Shown here piece after piece: positions 55,672-64,000 of a stretch of DNA of 64,000 nucleotides (position 1 is the stretch's first letter; every line of letters begins with the position of its first letter). A program made the position numbers and the translations under genes. Origin of the DNA: Salpingoeca rosetta (taxonomy: Eukaryota; Protista; Choanoflagellata); NCBI GenBank assembly GCA_033442325.1, contig JAWQFM010000012.1:822287-886286 (forward strand), in the 5' to 3' direction. The notes beneath the pieces were generated by a model. It ran no database searches. It saw only the letters and a program-made list of their open reading frames with translations, and was not told the DNA's origin.

Positions 55672-58520
55672 AGCAGCACAAGACAACAAAAGTGCACAAG
55701 ACGCACAACGCACGCACACACAGACACAACGCACACACAGACATACACAGACACACAGACACACACGTACGCCATCGCAGTCTCAAGTACACACACATGT
55801 ACACATGCACAACGCATGCACGCCGTGATTGCATGTGGATCGTACCTCATCGAAGCACTTGCGGCTGCACACCATCTTGCGCACGGGTATGCCGGCAAGG
55901 CCGCGGTCAAGATGAACGCCGCTCCGCGCAGGAATAAACTGCACTGCCTCCAAATACACCGACACAAACCACCTGCAATGATAGCAGTACACGTACAGGG
56001 TTCGGAGTGGATGTGAAACGGGGATGAGCGAACACGAAAGGGTGTGCGTGTTCGTTTGTTGGAGGGGGAACAGATGTAGTGTGTCACACATGTCAAGACG
56101 ATTGTGTGTGTGTGGGGGGGGGGGGTTAGGTGCATGATTAAAAGCAAAAAAAGCTTGAGAAACCACAGGAGGCACTCCGACAGAAAGAGACAGAGAGGCA
56201 AAGCAAAAGATCAAAGACCCGTACATGCACACACATGCACACACATTCACGTCAACAAACATATCTCACACATGACACACATCACACGCTCCACCCACAA
56301 TGCACACACACCCTCCGCAGACGGAGCAGACGTCGCCGCAAAGTAGGAAGTCTTTGCATTTGTCGTTGATATTTAGAGCGCCCACACCCGCCACAAACGC
56401 TTTTCGGAAGGACTCGCGCGACACTTTGCCGCGAGCAGGCATGGCCGTGCTTGCGTGGTGTCCTGGCCGTTGTTGCTGCTGTTGCTGCATCTTGTCACCA
56501 CCGCCTTGCATAATGGGGTCTGATATGCTTGCAAGCACGCGCCGTGCGACGAGCTCCTGCAGCGGCAGGACGTGTCCCATTTCCGGAATGTGGCCCCGCG
56601 ATTTGGATTTGAATGGATTCTTCTCCAAGTGCAGGTGCTTGATGCGACTATGGTCAACGACCCGCCAGTCGAGCCTGCAATGTTGGTGAGTATGTGTGTG
56701 TGTGGGGGGGGGGGTAAGCGAGTAAGTGAGTCTGTGAGCGAGTGGGTCAATCGGTCAGCGAGTCAGTGTGTGTGTGTGTGTGCGTGTGTGTGTGTGTGCG
56801 TGTGCAAGAGGAGAAGCTGTGGGGAGAGACGTAAAAGAAGTATGGTCGCAAGACACACGACGAATGCGAGCGGGCTGCCATGCAGGCGGATGTGGAGCAG
56901 CAGCAGCGCCACTGACGTGCGAATGCGATTGAGGGAGACGTCGAGAACAGCGAGACGCCGGCACAGCAGAAGACAGAGCGGAATGTCCACGAGGGCATTG
57001 TCGATCAAGATGAGCTCACGCAGCATCTCAAGTTGCCCCATTGCTTCCGGCAGGGCAGTGATCTGATTCCCTTTCGCCGAACACATCCGCAGCTTGCGCA
57101 GCTTTCCGATCGAACTGGCAAAGGTGGGAGCGGGGTGTCGTTGCGGTCATGAAAAACGCACGTGTATGCGTGGAATGTGTGTGTTTCGTGTGCGCATTTG
57201 CAAGGAGTGTATTTCTCATGTGTGCATGCGTGCGCGTGTGCAACCTACGAGGGAAGTGTGGTGAGTTGGTTGAAGTCGACAGAGAGCGACTCGAGATTGG
57301 CCAGCCCGCCAATGCACTCCGGCAGTTCGGTGATAAGATTGTTGTTGAGGTTGAGCGCACGCAAGCTGAGGTGAGTTGTACAAGGCAAGGCGAGCAAGGC
57401 ACCGAGATGAGCTTCATGACTATGATGGTAAGGTGGAGCAGACTGCAGGAGTATACACGCACTCCCACAGTTTGAACGATCGCAAACAAACAGAAATACA
57501 CACGCGCGCACACACGCACACAGACACACGCACGCACTCGCGCAGTTGAACGCTCGTACACACAAACAGAAATACACACACGTGCGCACACGCACACAGA
57601 CACACGCACGCACTCGCGCAGCTGAACGCTCGTACACACAAACAGAAATACACACACGTGCGCACACAGACACAGACACGCACACACATACACACACAAA
57701 CCTGGAGAACTTTGGCTCTTGTACCGGCTGCGGGAAGACGGTTGTGATGGAGTTGTGAAAGGCCTGGAGGGTTTGCAAGTCTGGCATGTGCAGCAAAAAT
57801 GAAGGCAGCGTGTGCAACTTGTTGTTGCCAACATGCAAGAGCTTGAGGTGCTTGACTTCTCCGATACAGTCCGGCAGCGACTGCAACTGGTTGTTGTTGA
57901 GATTGAGCTTTTCCAAGACGGGGCACGACGTGATGTCGTCTGGCACCCTTGTGATCTGTGCCCAAGGTGCATGGCCAAAGACGTTATTGGTGAACGCGCG
58001 CAGACGATGAGGATCAAACTCACACTTTTCAAAACCCAAGGCGCCTAGCTTCCACACACACACATACTCACTCACTCTGGTGTACACCCACAGGACACGA
58101 AACCAACAGACAGCACACATATGCATGCGTACTCGCGCACACACACACACATCACAGCGCAACGGACACATCTTCACGTGTACATTACACACGCATACGC
58201 ACACACACACACGCACACACCTGTTTCGAGGCCATGTTCAGGGATCGGACGCGTTGCGGGTGCTTGAAGGCGACGGCCCACGCCCGGTACTCGCGGTCGT
58301 CCATGGGAGGTGGGCCACCCGCTTCTTCGCCTCCTGCACTGGAAGCCATTGTGGCTCGTGAAGGCGAGTGCAACGGCGCTTTGCTTGGGCTGTGGCTCAC
58401 CACACGGAGGCCGCCCAAGACATCCAGGAATTCGTCGTCGTCATCGTCAAACTCCTCACCGTCTTCCTTGCCATCGTCGCCATCATCTCCCATCGCGTCT
58501 TTGCCCACCACCCGGATCAT
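55536..58520 (-). CDS. LRRC69: LRR protein with C-terminal Cys motif, LRRC69-like (LRRC58/28/69 group)
   Basis: Spliced LRRs ([42 protein letters not shown]), cap [18 protein letters not shown], then CSVCGG|[14 protein letters not shown]...[13 protein letters not shown] and last exon AKYYANT*. This matches the LRRC69 C-terminal pattern C..CG..F....LE.V.F+P....+P....+CS.KCF. Confidence 0.75.
57488..57670. repeat. Intronic 76-bp tandem repeat (~2.5 copies)
   Basis: AAACAGAAATACAC recurs at 57488, 57564 and 57640. Confidence 0.8.
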
Positions 58521-58845
58521 GACCGCGCGGCACCGAAAGCCCTCGAGATGCAAGCAAGACGCAATCCCTGGCCTTCTGCGTGTTGCTTGCTGCGGTATGC
58601 TGTGCGGTGGCGGGTGCTGCGTCTGGCTGGTCGTCAACCACTGAACAAGCAACGCCGCAGTCCTTTGGTGTTATTGTAGAATATTTGCTAATGGTTTGTT
58701 ATGATTTTCGGCAACGGACAGACCTTCTTGTTCTTGGTAAGCTGGGTCGTTCATCGTGTGTGTGCTTGCTTGCTTGCATGATGTGTGATGTGAGGTGATG
58801 CCAGACACACACACACACACACACATACACACTGACATTGTCTGT

Positions 58846-61543
<2,698 letters not shown>

Positions 61544-61637
61544 TGTGCTTGGTGACCAGCAGCGAGTTGTGCTTTGTATCCAGTGGTGCTGCAATTCTTT
61601 CTTCGCCCGCGCTGACTCATCAACGACAGCAACGGAT

Positions 61638-63779
<2,142 letters not shown>

Positions 63780-63881
63780 GTGTGTGTCGTTTGGTGTCGT
63801 TGCGTGTGCTGTTATTGCGTTGGACATGTGCGAACCGCCTGTAACTGCACACACCCAAGAGTCCTCACCTTCTCCATTTCT

Positions 63882-64000
63882 CATCATCACCACATCGCCA
63901 CCACCACCTCCATCATCACCACATCGCCACCACCACCTCCATCATCACCACATCGCCACCACCACCTCCATCATCACCACATCGCCACCACCGCCTCCAT
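63882..64000. repeat. 29-bp intronic minisatellite (>=4 copies)
   Basis: CATCATCACCACATCGCCACCACCACCTC at 63882, 63911, 63940 and 63969. Confidence 0.9.

Overview
Eukaryotic, gene-dense, intron-rich DNA with (CA/TG)n microsatellites in most introns and many polyQ/D/T tracts. The style suggests a choanoflagellate such as Salpingoeca rosetta (inference from composition only). Most short ORFs in the track are microsatellite or antisense artefacts; real genes had to be assembled by hand across GT-AG introns. In order: the 3' end of a cyclin K/T-like gene; a hypothetical gene; a ~4.5 kb palindrome (two ~1.8 kb inverted arms, each with a tRNA-Pro(AGG) gene and a SPRY-domain gene copy, one complete and one truncated); a full TEP1 gene (TROVE-DUF4062-NACHT-WD40); a kinase-only PFK-2; a decayed CRE-like non-LTR retrotransposon plus an LTR-like segment; the 5' end of a kynurenine aminotransferase-like gene; a Crinkler-like REase+kinase gene; a hypothetical gene; a whirlin-like HHD-PDZ-PDZ-PDZ gene; a ~2500 aa coiled-coil protein; an intronless class V PLP enzyme; a gene whose spliced N-terminus resembles the TIN2 (TINF2_N) shelterin domain and which carries an FxLxP motif; an LRRC69-like gene; MMAA; and the 5' part of a TBC RabGAP. 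Four assembly gaps limit interpretation. The most interesting candidates are the TIN2-like protein (not visible in the ORF track because it is split over 7 exons), the REase-kinase effector-like gene, the tRNA-bearing palindrome and the CRE element with a deleted endonuclease core. All homology calls come from motif recognition by eye, not from database searches.
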